Positions 10,084-18,638 of a stretch of 64,000 nucleotides of DNA are shown here, piece after piece. How positions within the stretch are numbered: the stretch's first letter is position 1; the number at the start of each line of letters is the position of its first letter. The translations under genes were made by a program, and so were the position numbers. Origin of the DNA: a virus; the IMG/VR virus record IMGVR_UViG_3300047472_000449, one strand, 5' to 3'. The notes under the pieces are model-generated. The model saw only the letters and a list, made by a program, of their open reading frames with translations. It was not told the origin of the DNA and searched no databases.

Positions 10084-10608
10084 TTAGAGCACTGGCAGAA
10101 TGTCTTCAATGGCTTTGATGCGAACCGCAGGAGGGGCTTTTCCAGCTGCATCGGTCTTGCTGAAGCAGGCCGCGACTTCCAGGGCTTCGCCTTGGCCGGT
10201 CACGAGGTACATCCGCTCAGCATCGCCCTCACCCACGATCACCGCATAACGACGATTGTCGATCAGCGCTGCGCCCCAGAGCTTGAAATACTCCTCGGCG
10301 AGTTCGGCGGTTTCTTCCGGACTGAAGAACTTCGCGTACATCTTGGCAACCAGCTCACGCAACGAGGGATCTCTGCCCGACTCGACCTTGCCGACTTGAG
10401 GTTGCAGCAACAGCGGGTCGGTGGTCGGATCGCTGAGCATTTCCATTGTGTGCTGGGCGATGTACTGGTCACGCAGCTTTTCAGCCTCGGGAGCGTCAAA
10501 ATGCTCGGCGTAATAACGGTAAATCACACTGGCCAATGACTGCTCGGAGGTGTTGAACCGGGCAAATTGAGGCTCGATGGTAAAGAATGGTGCGACGGCT
10601 TGCGACAT
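10084..10608 (-). CDS. hypothetical protein, paralog family A
   Basis: DPLLLQP...PSLRELVAKMY and YAVIVGEGDAERMYLVTGQGEA motifs. Confidence 0.8.
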   Translation of the reverse strand: MSQAVAPFFTIEPQFARFNTSEQSLASVIYRYYAEHFDAPEAEKLRDQYIAQHTMEMLSDPTTDPLLLQPQVGKVESGRDPSLRELVAKMYAKFFSPEETAELAEEYFKLWGAALIDNRRYAVIVGEGDAERMYLVTGQGEALEVAACFSKTDAAGKAPPAVRIKAIEDILPVL

Positions 10609-10622
10609 GGTGTTGATCCTTT

Positions 10623-10883
10623 TTACCGTTGGGCAGCAGCGACAGTTGAGGTTTTAGCATCGCTTGGCGGCGGGTACACGCCAAAACGGGTCAGCGACGG
10701 CATCAGGCGATGAGTGACCCAGCGTTGGTGGTCGCGACTCAGGTCATCAAAGCGACCTTCTTGCATGCACTTGTTGATGCGCTGAATGTCCAGCTCGCAA
10801 GGCTCTGCACCGTCGTAATGAGGCATTGGTGAGCCTGCAATGGCGCTGGCCACGTCAGGAGGCAGAAGAGGATTGTCGCGCAT
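10623..10883 (-). CDS. hypothetical protein (86 aa)
   Basis: ORF in co-directional run. Confidence 0.6.
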   Translation of the reverse strand: MRDNPLLPPDVASAIAGSPMPHYDGAEPCELDIQRINKCMQEGRFDDLSRDHQRWVTHRLMPSLTRFGVYPPPSDAKTSTVAAAQR

Positions 10884-10948
10884 GCTGGATGTCCTGCGTC
10901 GTTGTGGTATTAGAGCAGGCCCGACAATAGGGCCTGCTTAACGGTGCG

Positions 10949-11281
10949 TTACTGGGCCTGGGTTTGCGCGGGTTCAGCTTCTGGCGCCAGCTCATCCTCA
11001 ATATCGACGTAGCCGATCCACAGGATTTCGTGAAGGGCGTCCCAGAAGTCTTTGCTGATGGCCAAGTCGCTGGCGCCACCTTCAATAAAGCCCTTCTGGC
11101 GCCAGTCGCTGAGAATGGTGCGTTCATCGGCGTTGATCTTGCGCGGGTCGATGTTCTGGCCGTTCATGATGAGCGACTGGATGTAAGGCATCAGACGCAG
11201 TTCACGTTGGGTGATTTCGTAACCCAGCAATACTCGGGTTTTGGCCTTAATGGCGTCAGTCAATTGTCCGCGTTTTGCCAT
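10949..11281 (-). CDS. phage/plasmid-type hypothetical protein
   Basis: ELRLMPYIQ...IEGGAS...KDFWD motif; perfect promoter at 11320-11348. Confidence 0.75.
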   Translation of the reverse strand: MAKRGQLTDAIKAKTRVLLGYEITQRELRLMPYIQSLIMNGQNIDPRKINADERTILSDWRQKGFIEGGASDLAISKDFWDALHEILWIGYVDIEDELAPEAEPAQTQAQ

Positions 11282-11387
11282 GATCTTCACCTTTCCCAGT
11301 AAATTCTGAATATGGGTCTATTATAGCGCCGCAACCCGTGATTGTCAATCACAGAAACACTTCCTTGGGCTTTTCCTGCCCCAACAA

Positions 11388-11417
11388 AAAATCCCCGGTC
11401 ACAAGACCGGGGATTTT
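11388..11417. terminator. intrinsic terminator after peptide cluster
   Basis: AAAATCCCCGGTC-ACAA-GACCGGGGATTTT. Confidence 0.85.
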
Positions 11418-11433
11418 CGACGCCGAGGCGGTA

Positions 11434-11871
11434 TTAGCGGTTGCGAAGATCAGCTTCCAGGTTTTTGGGCTTGGTCGCATCACTGGCGACTACGCCGCTG
11501 GCAGCATCGGTGGTAACTTTGCCGGACAGTGGGCGTGGAATGTCAGGGGTGCCAGGGGCTTTCACTTCGCCAGTCGGTGCCGGGCCGGTGGGAGTTGGCG
11601 CGGTTTTGCCGGATGCAGCGGCGGTGGCTGCGGACTTGGTTGGAGCAGCTTTCGCGGATGCGGCGGTTTTGACCGGTGCAGCTTTGGCGGTTGCGGCGGC
11701 TTTGGCTGGTGCAGCCTTGGTCGATGCGACTTTTTCGACCGGTGCAGCTTTGGCCGAAATAGCAGTTTCAACCGGTGCGACAGCGGTGGCTTTTTCTTGA
11801 GCCATGGCGTTCACCGACAGGCCGGACAGCGCTACGGCCATCGCGAGGATCAGGGAGTATCGTTGTTTCAT
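11434..11871 (-). CDS. secreted peptide 2 of LRNR-tail family (145 aa, Ala/Lys/Pro/Thr-rich linker)
   Basis: signal peptide AMA|QE; ends ATKPKNLEADLRNR. Confidence 0.85.
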   Translation of the reverse strand: MKQRYSLILAMAVALSGLSVNAMAQEKATAVAPVETAISAKAAPVEKVASTKAAPAKAAATAKAAPVKTAASAKAAPTKSAATAAASGKTAPTPTGPAPTGEVKAPGTPDIPRPLSGKVTTDAASGVVASDATKPKNLEADLRNR

Positions 11872-11956
11872 GTATTTCTCCAGTCAGGTAATCAGGTTTT
11901 GTTGCCTTCGCCCCCGTTCAACGGGGGCGATCAGGCGGGTGGCCGAGGCGGCGGAA

Positions 11957-12175
11957 TTAACGGTTACGCAGTTCCCAGTCCAGGTTTTTCGGACGAGTCG
12001 AGCGAGGCGATTGCGATGGCGAGGTGCTGGTTGCTTTCGGGGTGGCATCAGTGGTCGCTTGCGACGCATCTTTTGCAGTTTGGACAGCGACCGGTTCTTT
12101 CGGTTGATCTGCGGCCACGGCGGCAACGGAGACAGCGGACAGCGACAGCGCCAGAACGAGTGCCAACTTTTTCAT
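11957..12175 (-). CDS. secreted peptide 3 of LRNR-tail family (72 aa)
   Basis: signal peptide; ends STRPKNLDWELRNR. Confidence 0.85.
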   Translation of the reverse strand: MKKLALVLALSLSAVSVAAVAADQPKEPVAVQTAKDASQATTDATPKATSTSPSQSPRSTRPKNLDWELRNR

Positions 12176-12216
12176 GTGTATCTCCAGGGTCAGAACAGTT
12201 TTTTCTTTGATGGTTT

Positions 12217-12255
12217 ATTATGATGCTTCTTTTACTATTTGTCAATAGCATTTAC
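12217..12255 (-). promoter_or_regulatory. sigma70 promoter + operator (peptide 3)
   Basis: TTGACA-N17-CATAAT; GTCAAT AGC ATTTAC at 12241-12255. Confidence 0.8.
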
Positions 12256-12312
12256 TGCTATTTGTCGCTTCGACCTGCTCACACTTTTGTGGGCAGGCCA
12301 AAGGCGATGGGA

Positions 12313-12471
12313 TTAGCGGTTACGCAGTTCCCAGTCCAGATTCGCCGGACGGGTCGCGGTGACCGAAGGGGATTTGGCGGTAACGCCAGCTTTCGGCTGA
12401 TCAGCGGCCATCGAGACAGCGGAAACGGCGGACAGCGACAGAGCCAGAACGAGTGCCAGAGTCGATTTCAT
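12313..12471 (-). CDS. secreted peptide 4 of LRNR-tail family (52 aa; absent from ORF track)
   Basis: manual translation MKSTLALVLALSLSAVSAVSMAADQPKAGVTAKSPSVTATRPANLDWELRNR; GGAG RBS; own promoter 12514-12542. Confidence 0.85.
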   Translation of the reverse strand: MKSTLALVLALSLSAVSAVSMAADQPKAGVTAKSPSVTATRPANLDWELRNR

Positions 12472-12615
12472 GTGAATCTCCATTGCGTGACAGGATGTTT
12501 GCTTTGATGGTTTATTATGGCGATTCTTTTACTAATTGTCAATCTTATTTACATTTGTTTTTTGAGACATTGGCCCGCCTCACTCACTGGTGAGGCAGGC
12601 CAAAGGCCGTGGGGT

Positions 12616-12774
12616 TTAGCGGTTACGCAGTTCCCAGTCCAGGTTCGACGGGCGGGTCGCGGTGACCGAAGGGGACTTGGCGGTAGCGGTGGCCGAGGTT
12701 TTCACAGCTTCACCTGCCATCGCAACGGCGGACAGGGACATTGCCACAACAACAGCCAGTACGGTACGTTTCAT
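12616..12774 (-). CDS. secreted peptide 5 of LRNR-tail family (52 aa; absent from ORF track)
   Basis: manual translation MKRTVLAVVVAMSLSAVAMAGEAVKTSATATAKSPSVTATRPSNLDWELRNR; GGAG RBS; own promoter 12806-12834. Confidence 0.85.
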   Translation of the reverse strand: MKRTVLAVVVAMSLSAVAMAGEAVKTSATATAKSPSVTATRPSNLDWELRNR

Positions 12775-12921
12775 GTGAAGCTCCATTTGCTTGGTTTGTG
12801 GGGTTATTATAAGTATCTATACCATGATTGTCAATCATATTTTCATTATTATTTGAATATTTATCTACCCGCCACTAAAGCAATCCACGGCCACACGTCC
12901 ACCCGACTCCCCCATTGATTG

Positions 12922-13718
12922 AGGTAAGAAATTTGACCACAGGATTACGAGCGCAGCGATTTTTCGCGTCCTGGCGGTAGGGAGTTTGGCGGCAAATCAG
13001 CACTTTTAGTCGCTAAACGACCACTTTTTCAGCTAAACCCCGATGGTCAGTGGCGTCATCACGCAGGTAAGAAATTTCACCAAGATTCGACCATAAGCCA
13101 ATGTTTACAGGGGTTGTACGTGATAGGGGCGTATAGCAAGCCGGTCTAAATCTCCTGATTCATCTCACCCTGGGCGACCTTCATGGTGAGGATCGCCCCC
13201 CTGTAAATGGCATTATTCAGGTAGAAATGCCCAATAACTGCCAGAATATTAGCACTCAGCCATAGGCTTTGGCTTTTCATACAGCGCCAGCACCTGATCG
13301 ATCTCGGAAAACCATGCGTCCATTCGGCAGTAGTCTTTGGACTTGCGCATGTCCTTAACCAGCTCCACCAGCCGTGGATTGGCAGCGGTCAGGTACACAA
13401 CCTCAGTTTTGAGGTTGATAATGGTTTGTTCGTGTTTGTGGGTCAGGGCTCGCCATTTATTCTTCGCGTCGGCTTCCTCGGCAGTTTTCGCTTCATACAC
13501 TGCCTTGGCCTTCATCCAGACCTCAAGCTGATTCGTGAGAGCTTCAGTGCTTTCGGTTCGAATGCCCCGAGCCTTGGTCAGGTAGCATTGGTTGACGTGA
13601 CTCCATTGGGCGTAGGGCTTCGCCGGGTATACGGCTTCGAATTCCTCAAGGTCTTGTTCGGTCATCGGTGGCTCGCTTAAAGATTGAATTGCGTCGAATT
13701 CAGGTATGAAATTTCACC
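12922..13718. repeat. three dispersed copies of 17-bp AGGTA(A/T)GAAATTT(G/C)ACC
   Basis: copies at 12922-12938, 13065-13081, 13702-13718. Confidence 0.7.
13249..13665 (-). CDS. hypothetical protein (138 aa)
   Basis: ORF with plausible RBS; helical composition. Confidence 0.65.
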   Translation of the reverse strand: MTEQDLEEFEAVYPAKPYAQWSHVNQCYLTKARGIRTESTEALTNQLEVWMKAKAVYEAKTAEEADAKNKWRALTHKHEQTIINLKTEVVYLTAANPRLVELVKDMRKSKDYCRMDAWFSEIDQVLALYEKPKPMAEC

Positions 13719-13781
13719 CTGATTTGAAAAATAACTAACTCTCAGCGGCTACCCTTTCCAGCAGCCGCTGAGGATTGGGTG

Positions 13782-14543
13782 TCAGGCGGCGTCTGGCGTC
13801 CAGTTGACCGCCTTGTCGAAGTCCTCTTGACTCATTTGCACGCCGACCCGGCAAACGCGCAGAAAAGCGTTACGAGCTTCCTCGGCGGTGGCGTTCTCGA
13901 TCAAAGTTACGACGGTCTGCGCATTGCGAAAGGCATTGGTGCATTGGTCGTGAAGCTTGATGAACGCTTCGATTTCAGCGCTATCCGCCCCAGCCTTTTC
14001 CCACTCGTTCCAGCGCTGGCGCAGCAGTTGATTGATGGTGTGGTTGCCGCTGTCGCAAAAGGGCAGCAGTGACCAAGCTGGCAACCGAAAGCCGACATCG
14101 GCCTCTTCGGCAGGCACAAACATCATGCGCTGCTCCTTGCTGTCCAGCACCAAACGCTGACCGGCCAGCCATGTCGAGGATTCTTCGGTACTCATGCCTT
14201 CGAACAGCGGCAGACCCGCAAAGTCCCTTACCATCATCCAGGCCAGTGTTGCCATGCGGTTCTGCCCGTCCAGCAGCAGGCCCACAGCGCCACGATCACC
14301 CTCTTTAGGGCCTGTCAGCGGGCCGAGGCGTCCTTTCGAGACCTTGTTCAGATCCGCCTTGTTGCCCGGCTCCCACAGCACAAAGCCGCCGATAGGGAAA
14401 TTCGACAGAATTGAATCGCACAGACTTTCCACGTCGTCCTTGATCCAGACATAGGGCCGTTGCATGGCGGCAGGTTGCATGCGACCTGCCGCACAGTCTT
14501 CGATCATGCTGGACAGGTACGGCGTGCTCTGGCGAATTCGCAT
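13782..14543 (-). CDS. stand-alone DUF262 (GmrS/SspE N-terminal, ParB-like fold) domain protein
   Basis: QRPYVW, FPIGGFVLW and LLDGQNR motifs; no HNH C-terminal domain; exact start uncertain. Confidence 0.8.
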   Translation of the reverse strand: MRIRQSTPYLSSMIEDCAAGRMQPAAMQRPYVWIKDDVESLCDSILSNFPIGGFVLWEPGNKADLNKVSKGRLGPLTGPKEGDRGAVGLLLDGQNRMATLAWMMVRDFAGLPLFEGMSTEESSTWLAGQRLVLDSKEQRMMFVPAEEADVGFRLPAWSLLPFCDSGNHTINQLLRQRWNEWEKAGADSAEIEAFIKLHDQCTNAFRNAQTVVTLIENATAEEARNAFLRVCRVGVQMSQEDFDKAVNWTPDAA

Positions 14544-14584
14544 GGTCAATTCCGAATAGATTCAAAGGAGTGTCAATGAGGGAA

Positions 14585-14623
14585 ATTATAGCCAGACTTA
14601 CCACCAAAGTCAATCACATTGAC
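14585..14623 (-). promoter_or_regulatory. sigma70 promoter + perfect operator
   Basis: TTGACT-N17-TATAAT; GTCAAT CAC ATTGAC at 14609-14623. Confidence 0.85.
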
Positions 14624-14667
14624 TGGGCGCAATAAAGGGCTGATGGTGCTCATCAGCCCTCTGGCGC

Positions 14668-15462
14668 TTACTGGTCAGCTTCTTGCTGAAGCTGCTTGAG
14701 CCAAGTCCGAACGGCCTGTTCATCAATCGTGACGGTGAAACCCTGGTCACGTGGCCGTCCTTCGCGCTCGTTCCTGTCATTGATCGAGTCGATGGCTTCG
14801 AACACTCGGGCCAAATACACGTAGTCAAATTTAGGGTAATTTCGCAGGCTCTGGGCGATTTCGTCGCAGGTGTAGCCGCCTGACCAGCCCTCTTCCTCCA
14901 GCTTTCCGATCACCTCTTGTGTCTGCGCAACCGTCAGCTTTTCGAAGTAAGGAAAGGCATCAAAGTCTTCTTCGTGCTGGCCGTCATCACTGAGGATGGT
15001 GCCTTTGAGGTAAGGGCAGGTAATGGGCTCCGCCGCCACGTTTGCAAAAATGTGTTCTACTTCCGCCGCGTCGCCCACTGGCACCATTGTCCAGTAGGCA
15101 AATTCTTTACCGGCCACGTCTTTTACGACGTTGGGAATCTCGTTGTCCCGAGCGTAGTGCAATTCATCTTCAGCACTGTTTATTATAATGCCTGTGACTG
15201 GGTAATTGCTGCACAGGAAATTATCGCCATTGGATATGTCCAGGACGATTTTAATTTGGTCTGGCATTACCAGCTGTGGGGGTTTGTTGGCAACGACAGC
15301 CTGTGCGGTGTTGAAGTCAGCGGCGCCCACCAGTTTGGCGGTCAGCTCGTTGAGTTTGCGCGACTTGAGCGGCAAGCTCAGTTCTTCGCTCAGGACTTTA
15401 CCCAAGTGGTCGCGCAGGGCCAGCAGGTCGTTTGGGGTGTTGAGGACATTAATCAGGTTCAT
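14668..15462 (-). CDS. acidic hypothetical protein
   Basis: GGAG RBS before MNLINV; promoter/operator at 15646-15684. Confidence 0.7.
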   Translation of the reverse strand: MNLINVLNTPNDLLALRDHLGKVLSEELSLPLKSRKLNELTAKLVGAADFNTAQAVVANKPPQLVMPDQIKIVLDISNGDNFLCSNYPVTGIIINSAEDELHYARDNEIPNVVKDVAGKEFAYWTMVPVGDAAEVEHIFANVAAEPITCPYLKGTILSDDGQHEEDFDAFPYFEKLTVAQTQEVIGKLEEEGWSGGYTCDEIAQSLRNYPKFDYVYLARVFEAIDSINDRNEREGRPRDQGFTVTIDEQAVRTWLKQLQQEADQ

Positions 15463-15729
15463 GCAGCTCTCCAGTACACGCCGTTTCCGGTTCCGCTCGT
15501 TGCCGCCAGCATGATTGAAGAAGCGCATCATGAGGGTGAGGGTGTTGCCTGCGTACTGACCGTTCCCGAGAGGGTGAGCGGGGCCACTTCGCCAAGTGAA
15601 ACACGTCTTCTACAGTGCTTGTCTGCGAATCCGTTGTATGGCGCCATTATGGCGAGGTGACACATAATTGTCAATGTCATTTATTGCAATTCAAGACAGT
15701 GGGGCGCCGTTACTCCTGACTTGATTGCT

Positions 15730-16188
15730 CTAGACGAAAGAGATCACCTCTTCAAAGGTGTCGGTTTTTCTGTCGTGAAACACAATTACTCGACCTTTTG
15801 CCTTCTGCTTGATGAGGAAGACCAGCATGATCAATGCGCCTTCCAGGGCCTGCTGCTCTGTAATTCGATATGCGGCAGCGAGTGCCATCAGCTGCACACC
15901 AACCCACTTTGGGTATGGGTCAAGAGGGGTTTTAACAGCGGAATTTTGCTCCATAAAACCGACCACGACCTCTTCGTAGCGATCATTAACTCGGTCATGA
16001 AGAGCGAAAACTTGTTGTTTGATGTTTCGCAGAAATATCTCATGAAGCAGTCGTACAGCCGCTTGAACGACCGTAGTTTCAGCTGTGTTTAGTGCTGAAG
16101 CACAAAACTCGACATTCACCTCGAAGCTGGAGTTATTTTTGGCTGGTTGCTTCTTAAAAATATTGGGGAATTTCAAGACATTGTTCAT
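15730..16188 (-). CDS. hypothetical protein, possible degenerate RHH-like
   Basis: C-terminal part parallels the adjacent 16199 gene (…GRVIVFHDRKTDTFEEVISF). Confidence 0.6.
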   Translation of the reverse strand: MNNVLKFPNIFKKQPAKNNSSFEVNVEFCASALNTAETTVVQAAVRLLHEIFLRNIKQQVFALHDRVNDRYEEVVVGFMEQNSAVKTPLDPYPKWVGVQLMALAAAYRITEQQALEGALIMLVFLIKQKAKGRVIVFHDRKTDTFEEVISFV

Positions 16189-16198
16189 GGCTTTTACC

Positions 16199-16654
16199 TT
16201 AGAAAAACCGGACAGTTTCAGTTTCTCCGCTGGCCTTATCCACCAAAACAACTTTATGGCCGAGGATAGATTCAGCGTGGATGGTTCGCAGGGTCGAAAC
16301 GGCGCGGCGGAACACGTAAGTTGGATAAATGGAAAGCGCTTCGGCCAGATCCTGAACCTTGCCCAGCGTCTCATCGTTGAATTTGAGCGTCATTTTCCGC
16401 TCATCTTCAAAGCCATCCGTGTAATCAAAATCGAGCAGCGTTTGCTCGCCAGCAGACGTGATCAGGCGAATCTCTTTACCATTCATTGATTCGGCATGAA
16501 GCGCATGCATGATGCTGACGCCACGGCGGTAGATGTCTGTTTGCGTGACATCCAGCAAGGCGGTCAGGTAATCCAGTTGGTCGCGGGTGTGACCATCGAT
16601 CATGATGGTTTTTTTGTACCGCTCACAAGCAGGATAAGGGTTAACACCAAGCAT
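16199..16654 (-). CDS. tandem ribbon-helix-helix-like DNA-binding protein
   Basis: two internal repeats KKTIMIDGHTRDQLDYL..DIYRRGVS / RKMTLKFNDETLGKVQDL..YVFRRAVS; fold is inference. Confidence 0.6.
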   Translation of the reverse strand: MLGVNPYPACERYKKTIMIDGHTRDQLDYLTALLDVTQTDIYRRGVSIMHALHAESMNGKEIRLITSAGEQTLLDFDYTDGFEDERKMTLKFNDETLGKVQDLAEALSIYPTYVFRRAVSTLRTIHAESILGHKVVLVDKASGETETVRFF

Positions 16655-16755
16655 CTTTGTCGTCCGTCCGTAGGTAATGCCGTCATTATGGGGTTTTGGG
16701 CGCAAAATGGAAGTGTGACCATGGAAGTCACCACGCAAGTCACCATGTAAGTCGA

Positions 16756-17268
16756 TTAGCCGTGCGCCAGCATTCCGGGGGTGCTTTGGTCGATGCTCGG
16801 TTTGGTTTGAGCGTGTGCGGACTCGTAGGTGTCGCCAGCCTTGTGCCAATACCGATCAAACTTGGAGTACACCTGTTTCCCATACAGCAACCGGGTATAA
16901 ACACCGGTCGGGTACGCCACCCACTCTTGCGCTGGATAATTGCTGTGGTCGTCCTCAAGCGTCCATGCCTGATCCTGGGTCTTCCAAGTGAAGAACAGGG
17001 TCAGGGTGCCGGGTTTGACCTCAACGATCCGGTGCGCGGTACTGGCGCGACGTGGGATGAGCGACAGCAGGCCGTGCCGATTCAGTTTTTTACCCACACA
17101 CTCGGTATAACCGCCCCACAAGACAAGGCTGAGGTAATGAAACGGGTGCGTATGCTGAAACGGCGTAATGTCGGGGCGCTTGATGCGATGAAAGCGAACG
17201 TGCAGCCGCCTGAAGTTCAGGACGGTGTACCGCTCCAGATAACCCACGAGGTGTTTGTAGGCGCGCAT
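16756..17268 (-). CDS. cupin-like (HxHP) phage/plasmid protein
   Basis: FQHTHPFHYLSLVLWGGYTE ... HRI motif; promoter/operator at 17299-17337. Confidence 0.65.
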   Translation of the reverse strand: MRAYKHLVGYLERYTVLNFRRLHVRFHRIKRPDITPFQHTHPFHYLSLVLWGGYTECVGKKLNRHGLLSLIPRRASTAHRIVEVKPGTLTLFFTWKTQDQAWTLEDDHSNYPAQEWVAYPTGVYTRLLYGKQVYSKFDRYWHKAGDTYESAHAQTKPSIDQSTPGMLAHG

Positions 17269-17338
17269 AGTGGCTTCACGTCAATTTGTTTGACGCTTAT
17301 TATATAATCCACCCACATCTTTGTCAACCCAAATGACA

Positions 17339-17551
17339 TCAGGTCTTCGGGACTGGATCGCAACCGCCGACTGCGGTGAAGACGGTGTTGCCAATCTTCA
17401 GGCTATAGCGCTTTTTCCATTTTCCCAGTGTTTGTTCGCAGCTGTAATTGGTATGAAAATGCCCGGTTAGCGTACTGGAGGTGCCAGGACGCTCAACAGT
17501 CATGTCATTGGTGGAATAAATCACAAGTGTCAGCAGGTATTCCATTAACAA
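17339..17551 (-). CDS. small hypothetical protein
   Basis: ORF with hydrophobic N-terminus and two Cys. Confidence 0.45.
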   Translation of the reverse strand: MLMEYLLTLVIYSTNDMTVERPGTSSTLTGHFHTNYSCEQTLGKWKKRYSLKIGNTVFTAVGGCDPVPKT

Positions 17552-17615
17552 ACCTTATTTTGTTGGATGACGGCGAGACTCAGGCCTCGCCTTGCGAGAA
17601 GGTGCCAGCGGGTGG

Positions 17616-18158
17616 TTACTCCTTGCCAATGAATCCGGCCAGGGTTTCTTCTTCCCTTTCCTTGCGGGCGTCTTTATTTCGCTTGATCAGCAATGCGAGG
17701 GCGCTTTCGAACATGTGCTGATCGGTAATGTCTTCGAAGGTGTAGGATCTGCCTTCCTGTTCAAATTTCACACCCCGCGCATGGTTGGTTTCGACAAGGC
17801 TGATAGCAAATGCATGATGGCCTTGGGTTGCGATGTACTTGGCCGCGAGCAGGTAATTGTTATCAGCGGGTCGATCCGCCAAATCTTCAAACTGGCTTTC
17901 GGTGCCCAGCTCAAAATCAAAGAAGCGATACTTCCAATTGGCGTTATCCAGACGATGGAAATAGCTTTCGATACGCGGCGAGGCAAACTCCAGCACGGCG
18001 CGCTCAGCAAAAGCCTCACTGGTTTTCATCAGGTGGTAGGCGGCACAAAAGGCGCACTTTTCACCGCCCGCCTTCAAATCCCAGGCAGTCGGGTATTCGT
18101 GAACCTCGCTGGCCTCCGCGAAGGTCTCAATGATGACATTGTTGTCGCGAATTTTCAT
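17616..18158 (-). CDS. hypothetical protein
   Basis: GGAG RBS before MKIRDNN. Confidence 0.7.
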   Translation of the reverse strand: MKIRDNNVIIETFAEASEVHEYPTAWDLKAGGEKCAFCAAYHLMKTSEAFAERAVLEFASPRIESYFHRLDNANWKYRFFDFELGTESQFEDLADRPADNNYLLAAKYIATQGHHAFAISLVETNHARGVKFEQEGRSYTFEDITDQHMFESALALLIKRNKDARKEREEETLAGFIGKE

Positions 18159-18221
18159 AGCAAGCTCTCCATGAGGTGGGCGCAACCAGCACTTGAGTAC
18201 GGGCGCCCACCGGCTGTTTGG

Positions 18222-18638
18222 TTATTGATGCGCAGCGACTTCAGGCGCAACAATCGCCTGCCAGTGGGTGAACTCAACAAGGTCAAGAAAAACGTCGTCT
18301 GTATTGCCGTATACCGCAGGCTGAACCTTTTTGCCCTTCAGGACGCCCAGGTGATAAGAGCCCTGATCACCAACCCAGACGACTTCGGCGCCTTGTTCGG
18401 GCAGTCGTTGATCAATCGAGACCAGCGGGAGCTGGTCGATCACCGGTTCGCGCCAGCAGACGTAATCTGTGAAGCTGTGCTCAACCGTAATCGCATTACC
18501 GCCGTACACCACCGGCATGACCCGACACTCTTGCCAGCGAGCAAGATGGTAGCTACCCTCTCTGTCCATCCAGAGCAGGTCTCGGCTTTCTACCGGCAAG
18601 GATTGGCTCACGTTGACCCAGGGTGGATTAATCAGCAT
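18222..18638 (-). CDS. hypothetical protein with internal duplication
   Basis: LPVESRDLLWMDREGSYHL / LPEQGAEVVWVGDQGSYHL; promoter/operator at 18688-18726. Confidence 0.7.
   Translation of the reverse strand: MLINPPWVNVSQSLPVESRDLLWMDREGSYHLARWQECRVMPVVYGGNAITVEHSFTDYVCWREPVIDQLPLVSIDQRLPEQGAEVVWVGDQGSYHLGVLKGKKVQPAVYGNTDDVFLDLVEFTHWQAIVAPEVAAHQ

Noticed and set aside
11434-12774. Arbitrium (AimP) or RiPP precursor cluster
   Set aside because: No RRNPP/TPR receptor, radical SAM or other modifying enzyme or dedicated transporter in the window; kept only as an analogy
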